Shown piece by piece: positions 9,642 to 18,249 of a stretch of 64,000 bases of DNA. Origin of the DNA: a virus (taxonomy: Duplodnaviria; Caudoviricetes); the IMG/VR virus record IMGVR_UViG_2690315932_000001, positions 7,616 through 71,615 of that record; one strand, 5' to 3'. The notes under the pieces are model-generated. The model worked only from the letters and a program-made list of their open reading frames with translations, did no database searches and was not told where the DNA came from. Made by a program: the position numbers and the translations under genes. Every line of letters begins with the position of its first letter. The first letter of the stretch is position 1.

Positions 9642-10169
9642 TCAGAGCTTCTTGCCGTGCAGACGCGCGCGGGTCGCGTTGTAGGCGAGCTTGAGCGAGA
9701 GGTGCTCCGCGATATCGACCCCTCCTTCGTCGGCGAGATCGAGCGCTCGCACGATGATGTCGACGATCTCGGACGGCGCCCCTTCGGGCTTGCCGACGAC
9801 GTGGTCGGGGAGAAAGGCGGGGCGCTCGCCCTCGACCCAGGCGTACGCCTTCCCCTCCCAGGTCGCGGAGTACCAGGACTCGTTGATGCCGCGCCCGGCG
9901 CGCAGGTCCTCGAGCAGCTCCGCGAGCTCCGTGCCGATCAGGGAGGCTCGCGCCATCCAGTAGTGCCGCTCCAGCGCAGGGATCATGCGCGTGAGTCGGT
10001 TCACGAGTCCCTGCAGGAAGCTGCGCGGGCCGTCGTGGACACCGCTGATGGCGGCAGGCAGGGAGCGGATGTCGTCGCCATCCTGGTGGAAGCCCTTGGC
10101 GGCGTTGGCGGCGCCGATCTGCTTCTGCAGGGCGCGGATGGTGTCGATGGTGCCCAGGGTGAGGGTCAT
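9642..10169 (-). CDS. MazG-like NTP pyrophosphohydrolase
   Basis: AKGF, ELAELLE, EIVDIIVRALD, KLAYNATR..HGKK. Confidence 0.8.
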   Translation of the reverse strand: MTLTLGTIDTIRALQKQIGAANAAKGFHQDGDDIRSLPAAISGVHDGPRSFLQGLVNRLTRMIPALERHYWMARASLIGTELAELLEDLRAGRGINESWYSATWEGKAYAWVEGERPAFLPDHVVGKPEGAPSEIVDIIVRALDLADEGGVDIAEHLSLKLAYNATRARLHGKKL

Positions 10170-10435
10170 GCGGAGGCCTCGTTTCTGCTGATGGTGAGGA
10201 CGGAGACGGTGATGGTGCGATGGTCGATGAACTCCCGGTCGGACGCGAAGCTGGTGTGCTCGATCCGGTCCGTGGTGGTCTCGACTTCGAGGGTGTCCCA
10301 GATGGCGAGGCGGTCGTGGTCGACCACCTTGTTCTCCAGGGCGGTGACGGCGTCCGCGACCGCCGTGGCGATGGATCCGGCGGTGACCCCCTCGGAGAGG
10401 GCGACCGATCGGTCCATACTGATGCGGCGGCTCAC
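10166..10435 (-). CDS. Hypothetical protein
   Basis: Coupled chain. Confidence 0.6.
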   Translation of the reverse strand: MSRRISMDRSVALSEGVTAGSIATAVADAVTALENKVVDHDRLAIWDTLEVETTTDRIEHTSFASDREFIDHRTITVSVLTISRNEASA

Positions 10436-10764
10436 CGCTGGGCCTCCCGCGGGAGGTTGCCGCGCTTCGTGCCGCGGTTGGCGATGAAGCGGGCGATCCG
10501 GTTCGCCGAACGCGCGCTGGGGAAGCCGTAGACCCGCGCGAAGGGGCCCCGGCTGACGGTGTCCTGCGGGAACAGGTCGCCCTTCGTGCGGACGACGGGC
10601 TGCTGCACGAACGCGCGGAGGATGACCGGGGTGGGCTCCTTCGGCTTCTTCTTCGGGGTAAGTTCGCGGGCGAGCTGGGCGTACTTGGGGTTGCCGGTCA
10701 GCTCGGTTGCCTGTCGGAGCGCGCGCTGGTTCTTCTTGCGGGCCTTGCGGACGGTGTTGGACAT
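10432..10764 (-). CDS. Basic hypothetical protein
   Basis: SD GAGAGGA; K/R-rich. Confidence 0.65.
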   Translation of the reverse strand: MSNTVRKARKKNQRALRQATELTGNPKYAQLARELTPKKKPKEPTPVILRAFVQQPVVRTKGDLFPQDTVSRGPFARVYGFPSARSANRIARFIANRGTKRGNLPREAQR

Positions 10765-10776
10765 GAGGTTCCTCTC

Positions 10777-11016
10777 TCAGTCGTCGGTGGGAAGGAGCTC
10801 GGCCTGGTAGCGCGAGCCGGGGCGGGTGGGGGCGATGAACGGCTCGCCGTCGACCTCGAACTTGACGGAGGGGGCGCCGCCGAAGCCAGAGATGAGCGCG
10901 ACGACTTCGACCTCCAGGCCGAGCATCGTGCCGGTCTGGTCGGGGCGGATCATGCTGGCCCAGCCGGAGCCGGTGAGGGCGACGGTGTCGCCGACGGCGA
11001 TCGGGGTGACGCTCAC
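10777..11016 (-). CDS. Hypothetical protein (paralog of 13654-13887)
   Basis: GDTVALTGSGW motif. Confidence 0.6.
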   Translation of the reverse strand: MSVTPIAVGDTVALTGSGWASMIRPDQTGTMLGLEVEVVALISGFGGAPSVKFEVDGEPFIAPTRPGSRYQAELLPTDD

Positions 11017-11147
11017 GGGAGAGCCACCTTGGAGATCGCCGCGAAGGTCCACAGTGCGCCGAGCGTGAGCACGATCGCCAGGGCGAAGCGGGAGGCGATG
11101 ATGAGGCTGGGGAGGCGGGGGTCGTCGTCGGGGCGGAGGGCGCTCAC
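11013..11147 (-). CDS. Small membrane protein
   Basis: 44 aa, one hydrophobic segment, GTGA overlaps on both sides (manual). Confidence 0.5.
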   Translation of the reverse strand: MSALRPDDDPRLPSLIIASRFALAIVLTLGALWTFAAISKVALP

Positions 11148-11746
11148 AGCGTGTTCACCTCGGCCGCGATCGTGTCGACCTTGGCGTAGAGCTGGTCCAG
11201 GGTGCTGTCGTTCTCGAGGACGAAGTCGAAGTCCTCGACCGTCACACTGTTCTCGCTGGCGTGCGCGGCGGTGCCGGTCGTCGGGGCCTCGATGCCGGGC
11301 CGCTCGACCCAGATCGTGATGGCGCCGAGACCGTAACGCTCGTCGATCACGGCGATCTCGTTCGGGAAGCGGAGCCCGGTCAGCACGACCGGGATGCCCT
11401 TCTCCTCGAGCTCGTCGATGCGTCGGCGGACGATGTTCGTCCAGGTGTCCTCGCCGATCATCTTCCGGCCGACCTCGGTGCCGAGCTGCTGGAGCAGGCG
11501 GCGGACCTCGGGGATCTTCTTGGCCTCGGTGTAGCCGAGATCCTCGATCGCGTCGGAGTAGCGCACGAGGAGGATGCGGTCGGGGTAGTCGGCCGAGGCG
11601 GCGTTGATGATCGGGTCGAGCGCGAGCATCGCTTCGTGGAGCGCGTCGCTCATGCCGATCTTGACGTAGCCGTGCCTCTCGACGAGGCGGTCGGCCACCG
11701 CGTCTTTGCCGGCGCGCAGCTTGCCGCCGAGTCCGATGACGGTCAT
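11144..11746 (-). CDS. Deoxynucleoside monophosphate kinase
   Basis: GLGGKLRAGKD, RRLLQQLGTEVGR, RFPNE, HASE. Confidence 0.9.
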   Translation of the reverse strand: MTVIGLGGKLRAGKDAVADRLVERHGYVKIGMSDALHEAMLALDPIINAASADYPDRILLVRYSDAIEDLGYTEAKKIPEVRRLLQQLGTEVGRKMIGEDTWTNIVRRRIDELEEKGIPVVLTGLRFPNEIAVIDERYGLGAITIWVERPGIEAPTTGTAAHASENSVTVEDFDFVLENDSTLDQLYAKVDTIAAEVNTL

Positions 11747-12117
11747 GCGTTGACCTCGCGCTCCACGTTGCCGACGCCGAGGAGGCGTCGGTGCGAGAGC
11801 TCCCAGTCGCCGCTTGCCAGGGCTGCGACGATCTCCTCGGACCCCTCCTTCACGCGGCCATCCAGATCCCAGCCTCCGCCGATCGTGTTGACCGTGGTGC
11901 GGATGAGTCCCGGCCCAGCGGAGTTGTAGCGGTAGTCGATGGACGCCAGGATGGTGTACTCGACGGTGCCCTTGGCCTTCGGCTCAAAGGGCGCCGGACG
12001 AACGGCGACGATGTGATCGTCATCGCGAGCAGTGACGTCCCACCAGACACGCTCACGGCCTCCGGGCTCGATGCGAATGCGATCACCGACCTGGATCTCG
12101 CTGAGTATGCGGGTCAT
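11743..12117 (-). CDS. Hypothetical protein
   Basis: MTRILSEIQVGDRI..., coupled. Confidence 0.6.
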   Translation of the reverse strand: MTRILSEIQVGDRIRIEPGGRERVWWDVTARDDDHIVAVRPAPFEPKAKGTVEYTILASIDYRYNSAGPGLIRTTVNTIGGGWDLDGRVKEGSEEIVAALASGDWELSHRRLLGVGNVEREVNA

Positions 12118-12665
12118 GCGAGGTTCTCCTTGAGGGTGTCGAGCGCTCCCCAGCCGGTGAGGATGCGCTTGCCGGTGACGTGGCGGTTGTAGGGCTGGTC
12201 GAAGATGATGTGCTCCCACTCGGGGACGACGGCGCCGGTGACTTCCGGCTTGTCGTCGATGAGCACGGCGCCGCGCACGAGGGTCTTGTCGTGGGTGAGG
12301 ATGAGGTCCTTCACCCACGCGGTTCCGACGTGGTTGGCGACCCAGTCGACCTTGTCCGACGCGCACGTCGGGTTGGTGGCATCCGGGGTGGAACAGAGCT
12401 TCACCGTGGCGCCGAGGTCGCGCAGGAGGTACAGCCCTTCGATCGCGCCGTCGATGGGCGCGAGTCCGGCGTAGAAGCCGGGGGTGGCTTGCACCGAACG
12501 CTGCAGTTGCCGGACGGCTCCGGTGGTGCCGAGGTCCCAGCGGTTCAGATCGAAGTCGGCGATGTCACCGCCGGCTTCCTGGTAGGCGTCGGCCATGCCG
12601 CCGAACCAGTCGGCGAGCACGCCGTCCATGTCGACGAGGACGACCGATCCGGGCGAGACGGTCAC
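12114..12665 (-). CDS. 5'(3')-deoxyribonucleotidase (HAD, NT5C-like)
   Basis: DMDGVLAD, HDKTLVRG.VLIDDKP, FDQPYN. Confidence 0.9.
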   Translation of the reverse strand: MTVSPGSVVLVDMDGVLADWFGGMADAYQEAGGDIADFDLNRWDLGTTGAVRQLQRSVQATPGFYAGLAPIDGAIEGLYLLRDLGATVKLCSTPDATNPTCASDKVDWVANHVGTAWVKDLILTHDKTLVRGAVLIDDKPEVTGAVVPEWEHIIFDQPYNRHVTGKRILTGWGALDTLKENLA

Positions 12666-13267
12666 AGGTCGCGTCCGCTCGAGTCGATGATCGTCTCGCC
12701 GGCGCCCGCCCACTCGTCCTCCGGGGAGGGCGTGGGGTGCGTGATCGCGGCGATGCGCTGTTCGGCGGCCTCGTCGGCTTCTGCCTCGGCGTCCTCGGCG
12801 CGCACGCGGAGTGCGATGTTGAGGTCGTCCCAGAAGCGGTCGATGCCGTCGCGCCGCGGGGGGAGTCCGAGCGCCTGCATGAACCACGCACCGCGATCGC
12901 GGTACTGGTCGAGTTCGAGGGCCTCGATGACCTTCGCGAGGGTGTCCCGGCGCACGTACTCCGGGGTCGGGGTGGCGACCGTGGCGTCCGAGGCGGAGAG
13001 CTCGCTGGCTGCGGCCTCCGCGTTCGCGGCGTTTGCACGCAAAACCGTGAGCTCAGCGTGGAGCGCGTTGAGGTCCGCGAGGCGGAGGAGGCGGAGGCGA
13101 GCCCGCGCGAAGGGAACGGAAGTGGGCGCGGCGACGGGCAGCGGGATCTTCGCTTCGTAGCCGAGCGCTTCGGCCGCGTCGATGTGCTTGTGAACGGCGT
13201 TGACGAGCTCGAAGAGGGAGCTACGGAGGTTCTCGACCTCGGCCGCGAGGTGCTTCTTGGAGACCAT
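12662..13267 (-). CDS. Hypothetical coiled-coil protein
   Basis: MVSKKHLAAE..., coupled. Confidence 0.6.
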   Translation of the reverse strand: MVSKKHLAAEVENLRSSLFELVNAVHKHIDAAEALGYEAKIPLPVAAPTSVPFARARLRLLRLADLNALHAELTVLRANAANAEAAASELSASDATVATPTPEYVRRDTLAKVIEALELDQYRDRGAWFMQALGLPPRRDGIDRFWDDLNIALRVRAEDAEAEADEAAEQRIAAITHPTPSPEDEWAGAGETIIDSSGRDL

Positions 13268-13269
13268 GC

Positions 13270-13641
13270 TCAGCACCCCCGGCCGTCGTTGCTCGAGCCG
13301 TTGAACAGCAGGAACCAGAACCAGGGCGAGCTGGGGTGGAAGCCGCTGTTGCTGCTGCCGTTGTTCGGGGCCGGCTGGACGGGCTTCGGTGCCGCGGGGG
13401 CGACCGGCTTCGGCGCCGGCGGCTTCGGGGCAGGCGGGCGCACGACGACCGGCGGGCGGGGCGCGGGCGGGCGGACGACGACGGGGGCGGGGACGATCTT
13501 CGCGGCCGCGGCGGTCGAGATCTTCTCGGGGCGGCAGTCGCGGGCGGGGCGGTCGCCGCACGCGGTCAGGCCGAGAGCGGCGGTGGCGACGATGGTGACC
13601 GCGGCGATGCCGCGGATGGTCCTTCTCTTCGGGGTGGTCAC
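13270..13641 (-). CDS. Pro-rich lipoprotein
   Basis: Signal peptide with LTAC lipobox, PPAP repeats, aromatic C-terminus WFWFLLF. Confidence 0.7.
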   Translation of the reverse strand: MTTPKRRTIRGIAAVTIVATAALGLTACGDRPARDCRPEKISTAAAAKIVPAPVVVRPPAPRPPVVVRPPAPKPPAPKPVAPAAPKPVQPAPNNGSSNSGFHPSSPWFWFLLFNGSSNDGRGC

Positions 13642-13653
13642 GCTGGGGTCCTC

Positions 13654-13887
13654 TCAGTCGGTGGTCGGCGCGGGAACGGTGGTGGCGCCCCAGAACGGTG
13701 CGTCGTCTTCGGGGGAGTGGAGCTGGAGGGCCCACTCTTCGCCGGTGGTGTCCTGGATGACGGGGGTGCCGTCGTACCAGAAGCCGGTGATCTCGTGGCG
13801 GGAGCCGATCTCGAGGCCGACAACGCCGAAGGCCTTCCAGCCAGCGCCGGTCAGCTTGACCAGCGTGCCGTGTTCGAGCGCGGTCAT
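13654..13887 (-). CDS. Hypothetical protein (paralog of 10777-11016)
   Basis: GTLVKLTGAGW motif. Confidence 0.6.
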   Translation of the reverse strand: MTALEHGTLVKLTGAGWKAFGVVGLEIGSRHEITGFWYDGTPVIQDTTGEEWALQLHSPEDDAPFWGATTVPAPTTD

Positions 13888-14171
13888 GCTGCCTGCGCCT
13901 CGACGTCGGGGGCGGTCTCCTCGGGCGCGGGCTCGGGGGCGGGTGCGGCGGCCGATTCGAGGGCGGTGAGGGCCGCGGAGTACCGGCCGAGCGTCTCCAG
14001 CAGCATGTCGACGTCGGACGCGGCGACGATGGCGGCGTTCTCGTAGCGTTCCTTCTCGGCCTGCTTCTCCTTGAGGCGGGCGAGGGTGGTGTCGCGGAGG
14101 TAGGTGAGGACGGCGGTCGGCTGGCTGCCGTCGACGGTCTCGGTGTTGCCGTCGATGCTGAATCTGGTCAC
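13884..14171 (-). CDS. Hypothetical protein
   Basis: SD AAGGAG, coupled. Confidence 0.6.
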   Translation of the reverse strand: MTRFSIDGNTETVDGSQPTAVLTYLRDTTLARLKEKQAEKERYENAAIVAASDVDMLLETLGRYSAALTALESAAAPAPEPAPEETAPDVEAQAA

Positions 14172-14434
14172 AGGGTGTTCTCCTTCGGTGCGGGGGCGTT
14201 CTTGAGTAGCCACTTGCGGATGCTGGATGCGGATCGGTCGACGCCGAACTGGCGGAAGACGAGGCGCGCGAGCTCGTACGCGCTGAGGTCGGGGCGTTCG
14301 GCGTGCTTCGCGAGCACCCATTCGATCTCGGCAGCCGAGGCCCGCGAGGGCCTTCTCTCGCGGGGGAGCCCCATGGTGAGGCTGCGGCCGACGCCGCGGG
14401 ACTGGTTCTGCTGGAAGTTGCTCGCGCGGCTCAT
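14168..14434 (-). CDS. Putative HTH DNA-binding protein
   Basis: LSAYELARLVFRQFGVDRSASSIRKWL resembles winged HTH. Confidence 0.55.
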   Translation of the reverse strand: MSRASNFQQNQSRGVGRSLTMGLPRERRPSRASAAEIEWVLAKHAERPDLSAYELARLVFRQFGVDRSASSIRKWLLKNAPAPKENTL

Positions 14435-15348
14435 CGGGCCGGCCGCTTCTTGCGCGCGGCGGGCTTCTTGAGGGCGGCCTCGGCTTTCTGGGCGGCGAGG
14501 CGCGCCTGGGCGCGCTCGAGGCGGGTGGGCTTGGTCGAGAGCATGCCGAGCACCTCGGTCATCAGCAGCGCGAGGAACGGCATGAGGGCCGCCAGGGATG
14601 CGCCGGTGTATCTCTGCAGCGCGGGGGCGGCGCCGGGGGTGTCCTCCCAGACGTGGAAGAAGTTCGCCGCGGCCGAGATGCACGCGAGTCCCACGGCGGA
14701 CACGGTGAGAATCCAGGTCGACTCGCCGCGGGCCTTGCGGGGGAACCGGGCGAGGGTGAGGACGATGAGGGCGACGTCGATCGACATCGGGACGAGGAAG
14801 CTGAGCAGCGCCGGCAGCAGCAGCCATGCGCCGACGGCGGAGAGGCCCTGCCAGGAGATCGCGATCATCGCCAGGGCGACGACGGCGACCCCGATGTTGA
14901 CCGCGTGGTAGAGCCACGGGGCGTCGCCGTTGAAGCGCGCGCCGGCGCCGGTCTTCGCGCGGCGGTGGGTCGGGGCCTCCTGTACCGGCGCAGCCGGTTC
15001 GCCGACGGTCTTCGTCGGGCGCTTGCGCGGAGCGCGCGGCTTCGCGACCTCGAGGAAGCCACCCTCGGCCGACGCGTTGCTGGGAACGCGGGAGGCGAGC
15101 TTCTGCAGGACCGGGCTCGCGGGGTCGTCCGGCGTCGACGTCTCGATGACGGCGGCCTTGGTGTCCGCGGGCTCGCGGTTCTGGACGATGGCCGTCGACG
15201 TCTCGACGGATGCCGCGCCGAGGGCTGCGAGGCTGGCGATCTCGTGCCAGCCGCGTTCGCCGTTGCCAACGATCGGCGGGGTGGTGCCGGTGTATCCGGT
15301 GGGCGTGGTGTCACGCGGGTCGAGCTGCGGGATGACGGGCAAACTCAT
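14431..15348 (-). CDS. Membrane protein, DUF2637-like
   Basis: Four hydrophobic helices in C-terminal half (ISWQGL, PMSID, SAAANFFH); disordered N-terminus; SD GAGAGGAG. Confidence 0.7.
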   Translation of the reverse strand: MSLPVIPQLDPRDTTPTGYTGTTPPIVGNGERGWHEIASLAALGAASVETSTAIVQNREPADTKAAVIETSTPDDPASPVLQKLASRVPSNASAEGGFLEVAKPRAPRKRPTKTVGEPAAPVQEAPTHRRAKTGAGARFNGDAPWLYHAVNIGVAVVALAMIAISWQGLSAVGAWLLLPALLSFLVPMSIDVALIVLTLARFPRKARGESTWILTVSAVGLACISAAANFFHVWEDTPGAAPALQRYTGASLAALMPFLALLMTEVLGMLSTKPTRLERAQARLAAQKAEAALKKPAARKKRPAR

Positions 15349-15649
15349 GGTTCTCCTCTCGGCGGGCAGCGTGAAGCGCTGCGGGGGAGTGGTTCGGGGG
15401 TAGGCCGGCGCCTGGCGGGCCACGAGGGCTAAGTGGAGGCGTCGCGCCTGGCCATCCGACGCGCTCGCCCTCGTTGTTCTGTCGATGTCCACGCCCGCCA
15501 GGGCGTTCCGGGCCTCTTCTGACCTCGTGGGTTCTGAGGGACCTTCCGGCGATTTTGTGTGCTACCGGCCTTACACGTCTAACCCTAGCGGTCTTTTGCA
15601 CGCTAATCGAGAGCGTTTCGACCGATTTCTGCACCAGTTCCGGCGGTTT

Positions 15650-15771
15650 TTGAGACGCGGGGGAGGGGCCTGACGGCGCTCGAGGTGGCGGGAGGGAGCG
15701 AGGCGCTGCTGCATCAGTGAATTGGTCAACCCCCGGCGCACTGAGAGAGGAGGCAGCGCGCCGGGGGCCGT
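15650..15771 (-). ncRNA. Candidate sRNA with C/U-rich (anti-SD) loops; 3' end uncertain
   Basis: TAGACT at 15779-15784 not followed by a start codon; 16-bp hairpin with loop CCTCCTCTCT; G.U pairs form only on minus strand. Confidence 0.45.
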
Positions 15772-15831
15772 GGGGCGGAGTCTAGGCGGGGTTGGAGTCT
15801 TACACGTGTTCATAGACGAGCTCGCGACCTG

Positions 15832-16236
15832 TCAGCCTACGCCCTGGAGCTCCACCGCGTACGAGTTGCTCGAAGGTGTGAAGGTGACGTGGCAGGAGTA
15901 GTTGGAGCGCAGCATCGCTCCAAAGCCGTTCTCGCTGTCGACGGTCCCGATGATCAGCCAGGGCCCGGCGTCGATCGCGGACTCGGTCGCAGCCGAGATG
16001 TCGCTGTGGAATTGAGCGGTGGACGGGGCCTTGAGGTAGGAGGAGACTGTCTGCTCGCACTGCTGAGCCGCGGTGTACTTGTTCGCCGACGGGGTGAAGC
16101 CGGCGAAGGCGCCGATGACGACTGCCGCGATGATGAGCAAGAGGCCACCGCCGAGGACGACGAGGCATCCTCCGCAGCCGACGCCCATACAGCCCGATCC
16201 TTTGGCGGGAGGCGCTGGAATTTCTGCAGTAGCCAC
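15832..16236 (-). CDS. Membrane-anchored protein
   Basis: TM helix then C..V..YLKAPSTA.F, VDSENGFGAMLRS.Y.C; TACCTT 6 nt before GTG (leaderless). Confidence 0.7.
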   Translation of the reverse strand: MATAEIPAPPAKGSGCMGVGCGGCLVVLGGGLLLIIAAVVIGAFAGFTPSANKYTAAQQCEQTVSSYLKAPSTAQFHSDISAATESAIDAGPWLIIGTVDSENGFGAMLRSNYSCHVTFTPSSNSYAVELQGVG

Positions 16237-16308
16237 GGATGGAAGGTAGGGCCGCTGGGCGGCTGAGAGGTTTCCGGATGGTGAACGATGCGGGATACAC
16301 TTCGTGGC

Positions 16309-16479
16309 ATGGATGCCGTGGATGAGCTGCGAGCCCTCGCGCGAGAGGTGCAGGGAGCGAACGCTGGCCAGGTCCGCACGCATCGGGTGGGCTGCTGGAA
16401 GTGGCACGCGGAGTGCCTGGCGGAGATGATCCTCGAGGTGACGAGCGACGAGGGCAGGGCGGCCCCAACGCAGCGCTGA
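16309..16479 (+). CDS. Hypothetical protein
   Basis: TACACT (16296-16301) 7 nt before ATG; H..GCWKWH.EC motif. Confidence 0.55.
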   Translation: MDAVDELRALAREVQGANAGQVRTHRVGCWKWHAECLAEMILEVTSDEGRAAPTQR

Positions 16480-16616
16480 GCGCCCCGAAATCGGGGGAGG
16501 GGTCGGCATCTGTGCGGGTGCAGCCCGGCGGTACCTTGCCCTGTTCTGGTGGGTCAGAATCTGAGTGGTTTCCTGGTCTGATCTGGCTATTTCGGTGTAT
16601 CAGATGCCGCGTTCTG

Positions 16617-16625
16617 TGGTACACT
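16617..16625 (+). promoter_or_regulatory. Extended -10 promoter for rightward early operon
   Basis: TGGTACACT (TGnTAnnnT), then hairpin-forming leader before ATG 16695. Confidence 0.55.
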
Positions 16626-16694
16626 TTAGGTACAGAGAGACCCCCGCACCGGGTGCAACCGGCCGGGGGCGTGACCACCTAGTGAATGGACTAG

Positions 16695-17039
16695 ATGATG
16701 ACTGTCATCGTACCCGATCGCCCGATTCGCCTCAATGTGACCCATTCGGTTGAGCTGTCTCCCGAATGCCCGGTGCTGGTACGTGCACACGCCAGACGTC
16801 GCCCTACTCGCATCGCCGCTGAGTTGCGTGCTGAGCGTGAAGCAGAGTTGCGTAAGCGCATCCGCGACGCCCGCGAAGTGCTCACCCTGACGGAAATGAC
16901 GAGCATGCCGAACGGGTACGCCGTCGCCGCCGTGAGGGCCGCGTGTATGGATTTGGCCTTATTCGTGTACGGTGTGCCCCGTGGCACCACCGAATCCCGT
17001 GCGCTCGTCGCGGCGTACGCGCCCGAATGCGCGTACTGA
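16695..17039 (+). CDS. Hypothetical protein
   Basis: First ORF of rightward arm. Confidence 0.55.
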   Translation: MMTVIVPDRPIRLNVTHSVELSPECPVLVRAHARRRPTRIAAELRAEREAELRKRIRDAREVLTLTEMTSMPNGYAVAAVRAACMDLALFVYGVPRGTTESRALVAAYAPECAY

Positions 17040-17040
17040 C

Positions 17041-17151
17041 ATGACCAACCGCGCCCCCATCATCCCCCGCACCGTCGGGGATTGGCTCGCCTGTCTGAGT
17101 GTCACCGTCCTACTGTGCATCGTCCCGCTCGCATGGCTCTATGGTGCCTGA
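17041..17151 (+). CDS. Small membrane protein
   Basis: 36 aa with hydrophobic segment (manual). Confidence 0.4.
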   Translation: MTNRAPIIPRTVGDWLACLSVTVLLCIVPLAWLYGA

Positions 17152-17323
17152 GCACACCGGCCCTTACGACGTCGAAATTTGGTTCGGCGTCGAGTGGGAA
17201 CTACTCGCACAAGTCGATACCTACCTTGAAGCGAAACGCTGGCAACGCGTATCCGCAGCCTGGCGCACACGCGTCATCGAACGCGCTACCGGCCTCATCG
17301 TCTCGACTCACAAGCCCGAATAG
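17141..17323 (+). CDS. Hypothetical protein
   Basis: ORF ending at palindromic motif. Confidence 0.5.
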   Translation: MVPEHTGPYDVEIWFGVEWELLAQVDTYLEAKRWQRVSAAWRTRVIERATGLIVSTHKPE

Positions 17324-17350
17324 CACGCAACCGAACGAAGGAAACCGACC

Positions 17351-18013
17351 ATGACCATGACCACCGCGGCCCCCACCGTCACCGCAGCGCCCGCAATCGT
17401 CATCCCCCTCACCGCGGACCTCACCGCCGCATTCCGCGCCGTCCTGCCGTTCACGTCGAAAGACGACGTAACGCCCATCATCGGAGCGGTGAAAGTCACT
17501 CACCGCTACCTCATCGCAACCGATCGCTACGCCATCGCGCGATACGAGCACACCACCTACGACGAGAGTGTCGAGCGCCACGGCGAGGAAGGGCCGAGCG
17601 AACCGGACTTCGCCGTCCTCATCCCGCGCGACGTCGCCGAATGGATCGGCAAGCACAAGCCCACGAGCGGGCAGACGCTCACCGTCACCGCCGAAACCGT
17701 CACCATCGGGTGGACCGACTCAATCGAATCCTCGCGCGTACTCGTCCCCGTCGGCGGCAACTATCCGCCCGTCGAGCGACTGATCACCGACGCATCCGCC
17801 GAGGACGTGGAAATCTCCCCGTTCGCCATCGGAACCGACCGACTCGATCAACTCGTCAAGGCCGGTAAAGCCCTCGCCCGTGTCGTCGGCAAAAATGCCG
17901 GATGGCGCTTCCAACTTCCCGCGAGCACGGGCACGCGCAAATGCCCGCCGATCCGCGCCACGCTCGGCGAGCGCATGGTGACCATGATTCAGCCCATGCT
18001 CAACGTCCGCTGA
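17351..18013 (+). CDS. DNA polymerase III beta sliding clamp-like protein (two-domain)
   Basis: IATDRY, GNYPPVERLI, MIQPM resemble DnaN motifs; shorter than full DnaN. Confidence 0.75.
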   Translation: MTMTTAAPTVTAAPAIVIPLTADLTAAFRAVLPFTSKDDVTPIIGAVKVTHRYLIATDRYAIARYEHTTYDESVERHGEEGPSEPDFAVLIPRDVAEWIGKHKPTSGQTLTVTAETVTIGWTDSIESSRVLVPVGGNYPPVERLITDASAEDVEISPFAIGTDRLDQLVKAGKALARVVGKNAGWRFQLPASTGTRKCPPIRATLGERMVTMIQPMLNVR

Positions 18014-18113
18014 TCCCCACCGGCCTAGCTCGCACAGGCGGCACCGGCTCACGCCCGGACTAGGCCACGGTATCCGCCACCGATAGCACGCAACCCCAGA
18101 CAGGAGATACCCC

Positions 18114-18248
18114 GTGAGCACCCCGAACAACTCCCGCGACAACACGCGCACCCGCACGGCCCGACAGGCCACCCTCACCCGTCGCCGTGCGCGTGGCCTC
18201 AAGCACTCGCAGCCGGTCACGGCATCCGGTCGGCCCCGGTTCGCCTAG
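18114..18248 (+). CDS. Small Arg-rich protein
   Basis: SD CAGGAG, 44 aa (manual). Confidence 0.45.
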   Translation: MSTPNNSRDNTRTRTARQATLTRRRARGLKHSQPVTASGRPRFA

Positions 18249-18249
18249 G

